This document shows, one piece after another, positions 1 to 9,156 of a DNA stretch of 64,000 nucleotides. The notes below the pieces were generated by a model, which saw only the letters and a program-made list of their open reading frames with translations, did not search any database and was not told where the DNA came from. Numbering within the stretch: the first letter of the stretch is position 1; every line of letters starts with the position of its first letter. The translations under genes and the position numbers were made by a program. The stretch lies in contig JAZRYC010000046.1 of assembly GCA_045600525.1 (NCBI GenBank), forward strand, positions 4,117 through 68,116, in the 5' to 3' direction. The stretch is from Bacteroidales bacterium (lineage in GTDB: Bacteria > Bacteroidota > Bacteroidia > Bacteroidales > WCHB1-69).

Positions 1-1039
1 CCATAGTTCCGGAGTGAATGCCGTTTTCATCCAATTCCTTTTTGAAGTCACGTTCCAAAGCAAGAGCCTCCGACATTTTGATGGGGGAGGATGATATCAA
101 AAGTTGATAGCGTACGTCTAAGAGTTTCTTTTTCGCCAGGTTATAATTATAGACGTCTTCTCCTTTGGAAATAATGTAGTTCAATGCTTCAATAGCGGTG
201 TTGAAGTCTTTGTTGTCGGCAGCCAGCGCCGCCAGTTCGTAGGTCTTGATACCTTCTGTTTTCTGTCGTTTGTCGATGGCTTTGGCCAAAACGAAGGCTT
301 CTGCATAGTCTTTATGCAGTTGGTCTATCCAATAGAGCAACTGCATATAGCAGAGATTAGAAGGGCTTTTTTGTGAATTTTTTTGCAATGCCGTTTTGAC
401 GGTATTGTATTTTTGGTTGTCTTCGTCTTCCAAAAGAAGATTTTGAAGAGCTGTTTGTGCAGGTTCCAGATTTTCATGTACGTCGTCCTTCACCAAGGCT
501 AAGACTTCATCAACGATTTTATCTGTTTGATGGAGATATTGGTAGATGCTGATGAGTTCTTTGGAGAGTAGTAGGTTTTTTCCCAATAACCTTCGTCCTT
601 TCATAATTGCCTCAATGGCGTAGTCGAATTTGGATCGGGAATAGAATGCGCTATAGAGTTCCTGTACGGAAGATTCCTTGGCAGGCATGTTTTTCAATAA
701 ATCCTGATAGCTTTTTTCTGCCTTGGCATTGTCGCCGGAACGTTCGTAGCAATAGCCTAAATCCACTTTGTAGCGTTGTACGTTTGGTAAGTTCTTGATT
801 TGTTTTTTAGTTAGTTTTTCCAAATCATTATAGCGTTCCAATTCTAGGAGGGAGGAATAGTAGTAGTAGTAGATATAGGAGTTAGGCTTTTTATTCTGGA
901 TTTTTTCAAAAAGCTCAATGGCTTTATCAAACTCTTTGTCTTTATAGTATTGCAAAGCAAGTTTTTCATCATCACTCTGTTGTGCGAACAAAGAGACGAT
1001 GGAAAAGGCGAACAATAAGGTAAAGAGGAATTTCTTCAT
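1..1039 (-). CDS. TPR-like helical-repeat protein with N-terminal signal peptide (3' end lies outside the window)
   Basis: This gene is absent from the supplied ORF track because it has no stop codon in the window. My hand translation of the minus strand from the ATG at 1039 stays open for all 346 codons: MKKFLFTLLFAFSIVSLFAQQSDDEKLALQYYKDKEFDKAIELFEKIQNKKPNSYIYYYYYSSLLELERYNDLEKL... The N-terminus is hydrophobic and the body is rich in A/Y/L helical repeats. Confidence 0.75.
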   Translation of the reverse strand, partial: MKKFLFTLLFAFSIVSLFAQQSDDEKLALQYYKDKEFDKAIELFEKIQNKKPNSYIYYYYYSSLLELERYNDLEKLTKKQIKNLPNVQRYKVDLGYCYERSGDNAKAEKSYQDLLKNMPAKESSVQELYSAFYSRSKFDYAIEAIMKGRRLLGKNLLLSKELISIYQYLHQTDKIVDEVLALVKDDVHENLEPAQTALQNLLLEDEDNQKYNTVKTALQKNSQKSPSNLCYMQLLYWIDQLHKDYAEAFVLAKAIDKRQKTEGIKTYELAALAADNKDFNTAIEALNYIISKGEDVYNYNLAKKKLLDVRYQLLISSSPIKMSEALALERDFKKELDENGIHSGTM

Positions 1040-1048
1040 CCGTTGGGG

Positions 1049-2320
1049 TTAGTCAATGATGTCGAAGTGAGTGTAAGGGCGTAAAACTTCAGGAACGACG
1101 ATTCCTTTTTCGGTTTGATAGTTTTCCAAAATGGCAGCTAACACGCGCGGAAGGGCCAAGGCGCTGCCGTTGAGTGTATGTGCCAGTCTGGTTTTGCCAG
1201 TGGAGTCTTTGAATCTTAGTTTCAAACGATTGGCCTGATAGGCTTCGAAGTTGGAAACGGAGCTGACTTCCAGCCATTTCTGCTGGGCCTTGGAGTAAAC
1301 TTCCAAGTCGTATGTCAAGGCGGAAGTAAAGCTGATGTCGCCGCCACAAAGACGAAGCACACGGAACGGCAGACCGAGTTTGGTAAGCAGGCCTTTGGCG
1401 TAGTCTGTCATTTTTTCCAGTGTTTCGTAAGAACGATCAGGATGTTCAATGGTTACGATTTCGATTTTATCGAATTGATGCAGACGGTTTAGTCCGCGGA
1501 CATCTTTTCCGTAGGAACCGGCTTCTCGGCGGAAACAAGCGGAGTAGGCGCAGTTTTTCAAAGGAAAGTCGCTTTCCTTGAGGATGACGTCACGGTAGAT
1601 ATTGGTAACGGGAACCTCTGCCGTGGGGATGAGATAGAAATTATCGACTTGGCAGTGGTACATCTGTCCTTCTTTATCGGGCAGTTGTCCGGTACCATAA
1701 GCGGAGTCTTCATTTACCATGTAGGGCGGTTGGATTTCGGTAAAGCCTGCTTCTGTGGCGCTGTCCAAGAAGAAATCGATGAGTGCGCGCTGCATACGGG
1801 CGCCTTTGCCTTTATACACGGGAAATCCCGCGCCGGTGATTTTATTGCCGAGTTCGAAGTCAATGATGTCGTATTTTTTCACCAAGTCCCAATGGGGAAG
1901 GGCAGGCCAGTCAAAATTAGAAGCATCACCTTCCGTATAGATGATTTCGTTGTCATCGGCGCCTTTGCCAGGAGCAACAGCTTTGTTGGGAAGGTTGGGC
2001 AGCAACATCATTTTGTTGAGCAGTTGGGCTTCTAATTCCTGTAGTTGGGCACGTCCGGTTTTTTCGGATTCTTTTAGTTCGGCCATGCGGGCTTTGAGAT
2101 CGTTGGCTTCAGCTCCCTTGCCTTCTTTGAAGAGTTGGCCGATTTGTTTGGCACCACGGTTTTGTTCCATGAGGTTGTCGTCGAGTGCCTTTTTGAGATT
2201 ACGGCTATCATTGTCCAATTGACGGATTTCTTCCACCAATTCAGTGGCATCGAAATTCTTAATTTTCAATCTGTCAATTATTTCTTGGGGGTTTTCGCGT
2301 AAAAGTTGAATTTGTAACAT
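1049..2320 (-). CDS. serS: Seryl-tRNA synthetase
   Basis: The 423-aa product has an N-terminal coiled-coil arm followed by a class II core (FRREAGS, GSALALPR). Confidence 0.95.
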   Translation of the reverse strand: MLQIQLLRENPQEIIDRLKIKNFDATELVEEIRQLDNDSRNLKKALDDNLMEQNRGAKQIGQLFKEGKGAEANDLKARMAELKESEKTGRAQLQELEAQLLNKMMLLPNLPNKAVAPGKGADDNEIIYTEGDASNFDWPALPHWDLVKKYDIIDFELGNKITGAGFPVYKGKGARMQRALIDFFLDSATEAGFTEIQPPYMVNEDSAYGTGQLPDKEGQMYHCQVDNFYLIPTAEVPVTNIYRDVILKESDFPLKNCAYSACFRREAGSYGKDVRGLNRLHQFDKIEIVTIEHPDRSYETLEKMTDYAKGLLTKLGLPFRVLRLCGGDISFTSALTYDLEVYSKAQQKWLEVSSVSNFEAYQANRLKLRFKDSTGKTRLAHTLNGSALALPRVLAAILENYQTEKGIVVPEVLRPYTHFDIID

Positions 2321-2341
2321 TGTTTCGTATTTTTAAGGGCG

Positions 2342-2349
2342 CAAAGATA
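2342..2349 (-). promoter_or_regulatory. Bacteroidota -7 box (TAnnTTTG) for serS
   Basis: The minus strand reads TATCTTTGCGCCC, 22 nt before the ATG. Confidence 0.5.
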
Positions 2350-2362
2350 AGAAATTATATGG

Positions 2363-2390
2363 TTAGGGCAGGTTGAAAAACCTGCCCTAA
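2363..2390 (-). terminator. Stem-loop downstream of the YD-repeat gene
   Basis: TTAGGGCAGGTT-GAAA-AACCTGCCCTAA is a perfect 12-bp stem. It has no clear U-tract. Confidence 0.4.
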
Positions 2391-2394
2391 ACGA

Positions 2395-3285
2395 TTATTC
2401 TCTTTCGTAACGTGTTTCTCTCAACAGCCTGAAATGTTCAGGTTGTATTTCATCTTGAATGAATTCTTTGGAGGAGTTTTCCTTCTGCTGGTCATCGTAG
2501 GTGTATTCGGCCCAGCCTAACAGCTTACCTTCTTTATTGAGGAGGGAGTTCTTCACTACTAGATCTTGATCGTATTCCATCGTTATCTTACGATAATTGT
2601 CTAAATCCTCTTCTTCGGTTTCTATAAGCTTGCCATGCTCATTATATTGACGGTAGGTTTTGGAAATGAGAGCGTTACCATAGTCATAAACGAGTTCTTT
2701 GATACAGTTTCCTTGGTCATTGTAGGTGTATTCGTAGGTTCGTCGGTCCTTGTTTTGGATTTCATCGCGGACATGTTTGATGAGTAGTCCGTCGCTTCCA
2801 TAGGTATAATAATGGATATTCACGTTGTTTCCATAATCGTCATTTTCCACTTCTTTGACAAGGACACCGTTTTCATAGGTCATTTCTTTTTCGACGAAGT
2901 CCAATTCTCCGTCGGCGTACATTTCAATACGGATCAGATGGTCTTCATCATCATAAACGTATTGGGTAATGTATTCGTTATCATCTTCGCCGAAGAAGTT
3001 GCCTTGTTTTACCAATAATTGTTTTTCATTGTAATGGTAAACGGATTTTTGCAAAAGGATGTGGTCTTGGTCAAACTGCTCTGTTTGAGAAAGAAGTTTG
3101 TTTTCATTGTAGGCGTTGATAGTGAGGGTGTTCAGCGTTCCGTCGGCATCAAATCGTTCTTCTTGAAGAATTTGGCCGTTTTCATTGTAGGAAGCTTTTA
3201 CTTCAACATATTCTACGGGTTCGATGTCATTCTCATCGTAGCCAACGCGTTGATATTCCTTTTTAACAATAGTGAGGGTTTTCAT
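2395..3285 (-). CDS. Hypothetical cytoplasmic protein built almost entirely of YD/RHS-like repeats
   Basis: The 296-aa product has no signal peptide. Units of about 20-22 aa recur (YEYTYNDQGNCIKE, YYTYGSDGLLIKH, RQYNEHGKLIETE, MTYENGVLVKE, AEYTYDDQQ). Confidence 0.6.
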   Translation of the reverse strand: MKTLTIVKKEYQRVGYDENDIEPVEYVEVKASYNENGQILQEERFDADGTLNTLTINAYNENKLLSQTEQFDQDHILLQKSVYHYNEKQLLVKQGNFFGEDDNEYITQYVYDDEDHLIRIEMYADGELDFVEKEMTYENGVLVKEVENDDYGNNVNIHYYTYGSDGLLIKHVRDEIQNKDRRTYEYTYNDQGNCIKELVYDYGNALISKTYRQYNEHGKLIETEEEDLDNYRKITMEYDQDLVVKNSLLNKEGKLLGWAEYTYDDQQKENSSKEFIQDEIQPEHFRLLRETRYERE

Positions 3286-3311
3286 AATAAGTCATGTTTG
3301 AATGTGAGGTG

Positions 3312-3319
3312 CAAACATA
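3312..3319 (-). promoter_or_regulatory. -7 box for the YD-repeat gene
   Basis: The minus strand reads TATGTTTGCACC, 27 nt before the ATG. Confidence 0.45.
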
Positions 3320-3361
3320 CATAAAAAATCCGATTTTGCCAAAGAGTGGTAGGATGAAAGA

Positions 3362-4606
3362 TTAGAATTCATCCCGCACGGTCACCCATTTATATACTTG
3401 GTCGCCGCGGCGAACCAATTCCTTTACGGGTATGGAGCAGTAAGTTCCCTTTTGGGCACATTCTGTGGTTTTGAGGTCCACACGGATTTCCGAAACGGAA
3501 TCTTCATAAACACCAGTAGTAGGGCCGATGATGAGGATTTCGTCTTGTACGGAGAGTCTTTCTTCCTCAATGCATATTTCGGCTACGGAGATGTTGCTGA
3601 AGTAATTGGTGATTTTTCCGATATGTTGTTTGATACGGGTGGCTTGGGAACCATAGCGTTCTGACCATTCGCCCATTTTTCTACCCAAGTAGTATCCATC
3701 CCAAAAATCGCGATTGTAAACACTGCGCAGGCGGGTCATCCATTGGTTGGTTTTTTCCAAGTTGAAAGTTCCCTCTTCAATGGCGTGTAGAGCTTCGTGA
3801 TAGCATTGGGTCACGATTTTCACATATTCGGCGGAACGTCCGCGTCCTTCTATTTTAAGGATGGAGACACCAGCCTTGATGATTTTGTCCAAGAAACCGA
3901 TGGTGCACAAATCCTTTGGAGACATGATATACTTATTGTCCACTAAAAGTTCGATTTCGTTTTCCGCATCTTGGACTTTATAGGCGCGACGGCAAGGTTG
4001 TATGCAGGCACCGCGGTTGGCAGGGTAGTTGAAATTATCGAGGCTGAGGTAGCATTTCCCAGAAACAGCCATGCATAGGGCGCCGTGAACGAACATTTCC
4101 ACTTTCACTAATTCTCCTTTGGGTCCGGTGATGTGTTCGTCTCGAATGGTGGTACAGATATCAGCCACGTGTTTGAGTTGGCATTCGCGACCCAGTACAA
4201 CGACGTCGGCGAATTGTGCGTAGTAGCGAACTGCTTCCACATTGGTTACGTTGCACTGAGTGGAGAGATGTATTTCCAGTCCGATTTGACGGGCATATTG
4301 GATAACGGCCATGTCGGAAGCGATAATGGCTGTGACCTGACAGGCCTTGGCCTTGTCTAAAAGTTCGTGGGCTTTGGATATTTCGTCGTTATAGACGATG
4401 GTGTTTACGGTGAGGTAGGAATTGACGCCATTTTCACGGCAAATATCAGTGATTTGCTGCAGATCGTCCAAAGTAAAATTCGCAGCGGAACGCGAACGCA
4501 TATTCAATGCGCCCACGCCAAAGTACACGGAACCGGCCCCGGCGTGTATGGCGGCCATGAGGGCTTCGTATGAGCCCGCCGGCGACATAATTTCAATTCC
4601 ACTCAT
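3362..4606 (-). CDS. Peptidase U32 family protein (collagenase-like)
   Basis: The 414-aa product starts with EIMSPAGSYEALMAAIHAGAGSVYFG, which is typical of the U32 family (YhbU/PrtC). Confidence 0.85.
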   Translation of the reverse strand: MSGIEIMSPAGSYEALMAAIHAGAGSVYFGVGALNMRSRSAANFTLDDLQQITDICRENGVNSYLTVNTIVYNDEISKAHELLDKAKACQVTAIIASDMAVIQYARQIGLEIHLSTQCNVTNVEAVRYYAQFADVVVLGRECQLKHVADICTTIRDEHITGPKGELVKVEMFVHGALCMAVSGKCYLSLDNFNYPANRGACIQPCRRAYKVQDAENEIELLVDNKYIMSPKDLCTIGFLDKIIKAGVSILKIEGRGRSAEYVKIVTQCYHEALHAIEEGTFNLEKTNQWMTRLRSVYNRDFWDGYYLGRKMGEWSERYGSQATRIKQHIGKITNYFSNISVAEICIEEERLSVQDEILIIGPTTGVYEDSVSEIRVDLKTTECAQKGTYCSIPVKELVRRGDQVYKWVTVRDEF

Positions 4607-4608
4607 TT

Positions 4609-5787
4609 TTAATAATTTTGCTTTTCTTCTGTTGCGGAAGATTCTTTCTTAGAAATCATCTTAAGGAAGGCAACCTCTTGCTTGGTCAGCATACGCCATC
4701 TGCCGCGTGGCAGATCTTTCTTCGTAAGGCCAGCAAAGATGACGCGGTCAAGTTTTACGACTTCATAGCCAAGGAAATCAAAGATGCGGCGTACGATGCG
4801 GTTTTTGCCGGAATGAATGGTGATACCGACTTCGCTTTTAGATTCACCTACGTATTGAACATCATCAGGAGTGATGACACCATCGCTGAGTTCAATGCCG
4901 TTTCGCAAGGCGGCCATGTCAATGGAGGCAAAGGGTTTGTCAAGTTCTACGGCGTAGGTTTTTTCAATCTTTGAACTGGGATGCGTGAGTTTTTTCGTCA
5001 GGTCGCCATCATTGGTGAACAACAGCAATCCAGTGGTGTCTCGGTCAAGACGGCCAACAGGGTAGATACGTTCCTCACAGGCATCACGTACGAGTTCCAT
5101 CACGTTGGCGCGATCGTGTTCGTCGTCGGTAGTAGTGATATAGTCTTTGGGTTTGTTCAAAAGCACATACACTGGTTTTTCTCGTTGAAGAACTTTGTCT
5201 TCATAGCGAACCTCATCTGTTGGAAGAACCTTATGCCCCATTTCGGTAACGACTTCGCCATTAACGGTAATGGCACCGGAGGCAATAAGGATATCTGCAT
5301 CTCTTCGAGAGCAGATACCGGCATTGGCAATGTATTTGTTTAAGCGGATAGGACCATGCAGCTCTTCGTATTCCAAAGACAGGATCTTTTGTTTACGAGG
5401 TGCCTGGCGACCTTCCATCTTTCTTTTATTGACGATTTCGGTCAGGATTTCGGATTCTGCGGTGACATTGCGGCGACGAGGGCGTTTTTCCTCCTTTTCT
5501 TCAAATTTACGTTTGTCGCGGAACGAAGGGCGTTCTCCTCCTTTATGGAAGGAACGTTCCCCATGGTCGTTGAATTTGCGCTTGGGACGAGATGATCCTT
5601 CTCCTGAATCATTGAACTTACGTTTGGGACGCGATGTTCTTTCTTTGGAGTCATCACTGAACGAATGTCTGGATTTAGTGTGTTTGTCATTATCGTCAAA
5701 ACGACGTTTAGGACGACTATTACTACGTGACTTTCTCTCGAAAGGCTGGTCGTCCTCGAAGTTCTTTTTATTGAATTTTCTTTCCAT
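4609..5787 (-). CDS. rluB: rRNA pseudouridine synthase (RsuA/RluB family) with S4 domain and a basic repeat-containing N-terminal tail
   Basis: It has an S4 domain (RLNKYIANAGICSRRDAD) and the catalytic motif VGRLDRDTTGLLLFTNDG. I moved the start from the track's 5871 to the ATG at 5787 (MERKFNKK) because a -7 promoter box (5815..5822) lies inside the longer ORF. Confidence 0.8.
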   Translation of the reverse strand: MERKFNKKNFEDDQPFERKSRSNSRPKRRFDDNDKHTKSRHSFSDDSKERTSRPKRKFNDSGEGSSRPKRKFNDHGERSFHKGGERPSFRDKRKFEEKEEKRPRRRNVTAESEILTEIVNKRKMEGRQAPRKQKILSLEYEELHGPIRLNKYIANAGICSRRDADILIASGAITVNGEVVTEMGHKVLPTDEVRYEDKVLQREKPVYVLLNKPKDYITTTDDEHDRANVMELVRDACEERIYPVGRLDRDTTGLLLFTNDGDLTKKLTHPSSKIEKTYAVELDKPFASIDMAALRNGIELSDGVITPDDVQYVGESKSEVGITIHSGKNRIVRRIFDFLGYEVVKLDRVIFAGLTKKDLPRGRWRMLTKQEVAFLKMISKKESSATEEKQNY

Positions 5788-5814
5788 TAATGGATTATGT
5801 TTTAATAACGGCGG

Positions 5815-5822
5815 CAAAGATA
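5815..5822 (-). promoter_or_regulatory. -7 box for rluB
   Basis: The minus strand reads TATCTTTGCCGCC, 28 nt before the ATG at 5787. Confidence 0.5.
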
Positions 5823-5877
5823 CAAAAAATGCGGCAGCACTGTGAAGCAATGCTGGAGTGGTTTGCACCATGTATTG

Positions 5878-6180
5878 TTAGTATATAAGGCCCAACTCCA
5901 ACTTGGCTGCTTCAGTCATCATGTCCATTTCCCAAGGCGGGTCGAAGGTGATATCCACGACGACATTACCTACTCCCTGTATCATGGAAACACGAGTTTT
6001 TACTTCCATGGGCAGGCTTTCTGCCACTGGGCAGTTGGGTGCTGTGAGGGTCATCAGGATATATACATCGTTATTGTTGTTCACCTCCAATTTGTATATA
6101 AATCCAAGTTCCCAGATATTTACCGGAATTTCTGGATCATAAATGTCTTGGAGAATTTTGATAACTTGTGTCTTGATCAT
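5878..6180 (-). CDS. DUF59/MIP18-family Fe-S cluster assembly protein
   Basis: The 100-aa product carries DIYDPEIPVNIWELGFIY...LTAPNCP, the hallmark of the DUF59 (SufT/PaaD-like) family. Confidence 0.8.
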   Translation of the reverse strand: MIKTQVIKILQDIYDPEIPVNIWELGFIYKLEVNNNNDVYILMTLTAPNCPVAESLPMEVKTRVSMIQGVGNVVVDITFDPPWEMDMMTEAAKLELGLIY

Positions 6181-6223
6181 TTTAAATTGGTTATTTGCTT
6201 AGTTTTATTGATGTATTTGCTAT

Positions 6224-7159
6224 TTAGTTGAGTGCTTTTTCCCGAAGGGGAATAAATCCATCTCCCAATGTTTCTGAGGCCTCAAGGATAGACATGAAGG
6301 CCTTGGGGTCGATTTCGTGAACGAAGTGAATCAGAATGGGCAGTTGTTTTCTGGAGATAGAGGTGAAAATGATTTTCTTTTCATCTTTGTTATACATGCC
6401 TTCTCCATGAAGAAAGGTTCCACCACGATCCAATTCGTCAAAAATATGTTGGCGAATTTCATCGTATTTGTCGGATACGATGAGCACCACCTTGTTGGCA
6501 TGGAATCCAGCAATGACTTTGTCCATGACCACGCCAGTGACGTAGATAATCAACCAGGAATACAATGGAATCGTCCAATCTTTAAAAGCTGCCAATGCGG
6601 CCAGCACGATGGTGGAATCCACAAAAATCAGGATTGTGCCGAGAGGTATGTGCTTAATATATTTGCCAATAATCATGGCGATAATGTCCGTTCCGCCTGA
6701 AGTGGCCCTTGTTTTGAATATAAGTCCCAACCCTACTCCGATGATGATGCCGCCGCAAAGAGCCATGATAAAGGTTGCAGAAGGATCCGGAACCATGGGC
6801 TGACCCGGCAGGCTGATCAAAGGGGCGTATCCATATATTTTTTCCCAGAGGGAAATAAAAGAGGGAAGGGTTAGGACGCCAACCAATGTTTTGGCTCCGA
6901 ATTTTGGTCCCAACCAAAGGGTCCCGATAAGTAAAAGAGGAAGGTCTAGGCATAAACCCGACAAACCGATGGGGAAATTGAAGAGGTGGTGCAGGATGAT
7001 GGCAATGCCGTAAACACCGCCTGGAGCCAATTTAAGTGGTGAAACGAAAACAACGAATCCAATGGCCATGATGAAAGTTCCGGCAACAATCAGTCCATAG
7101 GTCTTTATCAATTCCTTCCAATTGATTTTTTTCCAGTCTATATTTTTGATTTTTTTCAT
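6224..7159 (-). CDS. YitT-family membrane protein (DUF2179 C-terminal domain)
   Basis: The 311-aa product has a polytopic N-terminal half and a soluble C-terminal domain typical of YitT. Confidence 0.75.
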   Translation of the reverse strand: MKKIKNIDWKKINWKELIKTYGLIVAGTFIMAIGFVVFVSPLKLAPGGVYGIAIILHHLFNFPIGLSGLCLDLPLLLIGTLWLGPKFGAKTLVGVLTLPSFISLWEKIYGYAPLISLPGQPMVPDPSATFIMALCGGIIIGVGLGLIFKTRATSGGTDIIAMIIGKYIKHIPLGTILIFVDSTIVLAALAAFKDWTIPLYSWLIIYVTGVVMDKVIAGFHANKVVLIVSDKYDEIRQHIFDELDRGGTFLHGEGMYNKDEKKIIFTSISRKQLPILIHFVHEIDPKAFMSILEASETLGDGFIPLREKALN

Positions 7160-7167
7160 ATTCTTTT

Positions 7168-9156
7168 TTATTTACTGACAGCCATATTGAGACGATCGGC
7201 AATAGTTTTCCTACATTTGACAAGAGTGCTGCTTTGTTGGATCAGAAGGATTTTATCGTCTTCAGAACATGTGGGATTTCCCATCTCTTTTTGTAACAGG
7301 GAGAGTTTCTGTTCCACAATTCTTAGTTTCAAAGAAAGCAGTGTGTGTTCCACCTCTTGTTGAAGAACCATTTTGCTGTTTTCTACGGAATTGGTGAACA
7401 TGTCGTATCTTTTTTCCCATTTGGGACTATAGGAGGGATCTTCCATTCCGATGTGGGTCATGGCAAATTCGCTTTCCTCTTTGTCTTCGCTCAAAAGAAA
7501 GGTTCGCTTAATGTCGTCTTGGTCACGTAGGATTTCCGCCACTTCAGCGTAGTGTTGGTATATTTTAAGGAGGAGGGGATTTTGAATGACGATGTTGTCT
7601 TGATAGAGTTCATCGCAAATATATTGGTCAATACGAGTAATTTTGGATTCGGCATCGGTTGAATTTTTGATGACGTTGATTTCGTAAAGACCATATTTAA
7701 GAAGGAGAATGATGATGTTTTTTTCTGCCTCAAAGACGAGATCTTCGGAAGAAACAGGCTTTTCAAGTTTGTTCCTTTCAATGGGCGAGGGAAAAGATAC
7801 TGTTGCCGGTTCTTCTTTGGAATTGCGTTTGGGATTGTCTTTGATTTTATTTTGCCAGACATGATAACGCAGTTCATCGCCTAATGTTTTTTCCGTTAGA
7901 TCGAAGATGGTGGAGCATTGCTTGATATAGAAGGATTGGGCAATGTGGTCTTGCACTTTGGCAATGCTTTTGACAATTTCCCTAACCATTTCCGACCGCT
8001 TCATCGGGTCGTTGCCGGCATCTTGAGATAGGATTTTCGCCTTAAAGAGTAGGAAGTCGGTGGCATTTTGGGTAAGGTAGTCCGAAAGTTCGCTGTCGCG
8101 ATGCTTTTTGGCGAAGGAGTCTGGGTCTTCACCATCAGGCAGGAGGCAGACTTTAACGTTCAAACCTTTTTCCAGAAGCATATCAATACCACGTAAGGCG
8201 GCTTTGATACCGGCACGGTCGCCGTCGTATAAAACGGTGATGTTGCGCGTTTGTGTTCCGAGTATTTTGACTTGTTCATCCGTTAGAGAGGTTCCGGAGG
8301 AGGCAACGACATTCTCAATGCCGGCTTCAAACATGGAAATCACGTCTGTATAGCCTTCAACAAGGAATACATTGTCCTTTTGGCGAATGGTCTTCTTGGC
8401 AAGATAGATATCATAGAGAGTGAAACTCTTATGATAAATTTCACTTTCGGGCGAATTTACGTATTTGGCCGTTTTTTCGTCCTTTTTTAAAACACGTCCT
8501 CCAAAACCAATGGTTTTACCGGTTGCATTGTGAATGGGAAAAATCACTCTTCCTCTAAAGGCGTCGTATAGTTTGCCGCTTTCGCTTTTCTTAGTAAGAC
8601 CGAGTTTGAGAAGGAATTCCTCCTTATAGCCTTTTTGCAGGGCGTGTTTTGTAAAAGTGTCCCATCCATTAGGACAATATCCCAAGTGGAATTTGTCCAT
8701 GGTGATGTCCTTGAAGCCGCGTTCCTTAAAATAACTCATACCGAGGAGCTTTCCCTCTTCACTATTACGGAGTTGGTCCATAAAGTATTTCTCGGCAAAT
8801 TCGTTGACGAGGTAGAGACTGTCCTTTTCGTTGCGAAGTTCCTTTTCCTCGGGCGTTTCCTGACGGTCATATTCTACTGTGATGCTGTATTTCTGCGCCA
8901 GATACTCCAATGCCTCCGGATAGGTCATCTTGTTGTGCTCCATCAGGAAGGTGACGGCGCTGCCGTGGGCATCGCATACAAAGCATTTATAGATTCCAAG
9001 TCGCGGACTGACATGCATAGACGGATTCCGATCATCGTGAAAAGGGCATACGCCTACGAAATTCTGTCCCTGTCTTTTCAGAGGGATGAAATCGCCGATG
9101 ACTTCTTCAATCTTAGTGGCGAAGAGGATTTCGTCTATGGATTTCTTGGAAATCAT
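7168..9156 (-). CDS. dnaG: DNA primase
   Basis: It has the CHC2 zinc finger CPFHDDRNPSMHVSP...YKCFVC followed by a Toprim region (EGYTDV, DGDRAG). Its start overlaps the stop of the upstream gene in a TAATG. Confidence 0.95.
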   Translation of the reverse strand: MISKKSIDEILFATKIEEVIGDFIPLKRQGQNFVGVCPFHDDRNPSMHVSPRLGIYKCFVCDAHGSAVTFLMEHNKMTYPEALEYLAQKYSITVEYDRQETPEEKELRNEKDSLYLVNEFAEKYFMDQLRNSEEGKLLGMSYFKERGFKDITMDKFHLGYCPNGWDTFTKHALQKGYKEEFLLKLGLTKKSESGKLYDAFRGRVIFPIHNATGKTIGFGGRVLKKDEKTAKYVNSPESEIYHKSFTLYDIYLAKKTIRQKDNVFLVEGYTDVISMFEAGIENVVASSGTSLTDEQVKILGTQTRNITVLYDGDRAGIKAALRGIDMLLEKGLNVKVCLLPDGEDPDSFAKKHRDSELSDYLTQNATDFLLFKAKILSQDAGNDPMKRSEMVREIVKSIAKVQDHIAQSFYIKQCSTIFDLTEKTLGDELRYHVWQNKIKDNPKRNSKEEPATVSFPSPIERNKLEKPVSSEDLVFEAEKNIIILLLKYGLYEINVIKNSTDAESKITRIDQYICDELYQDNIVIQNPLLLKIYQHYAEVAEILRDQDDIKRTFLLSEDKEESEFAMTHIGMEDPSYSPKWEKRYDMFTNSVENSKMVLQQEVEHTLLSLKLRIVEQKLSLLQKEMGNPTCSEDDKILLIQQSSTLVKCRKTIADRLNMAVSK

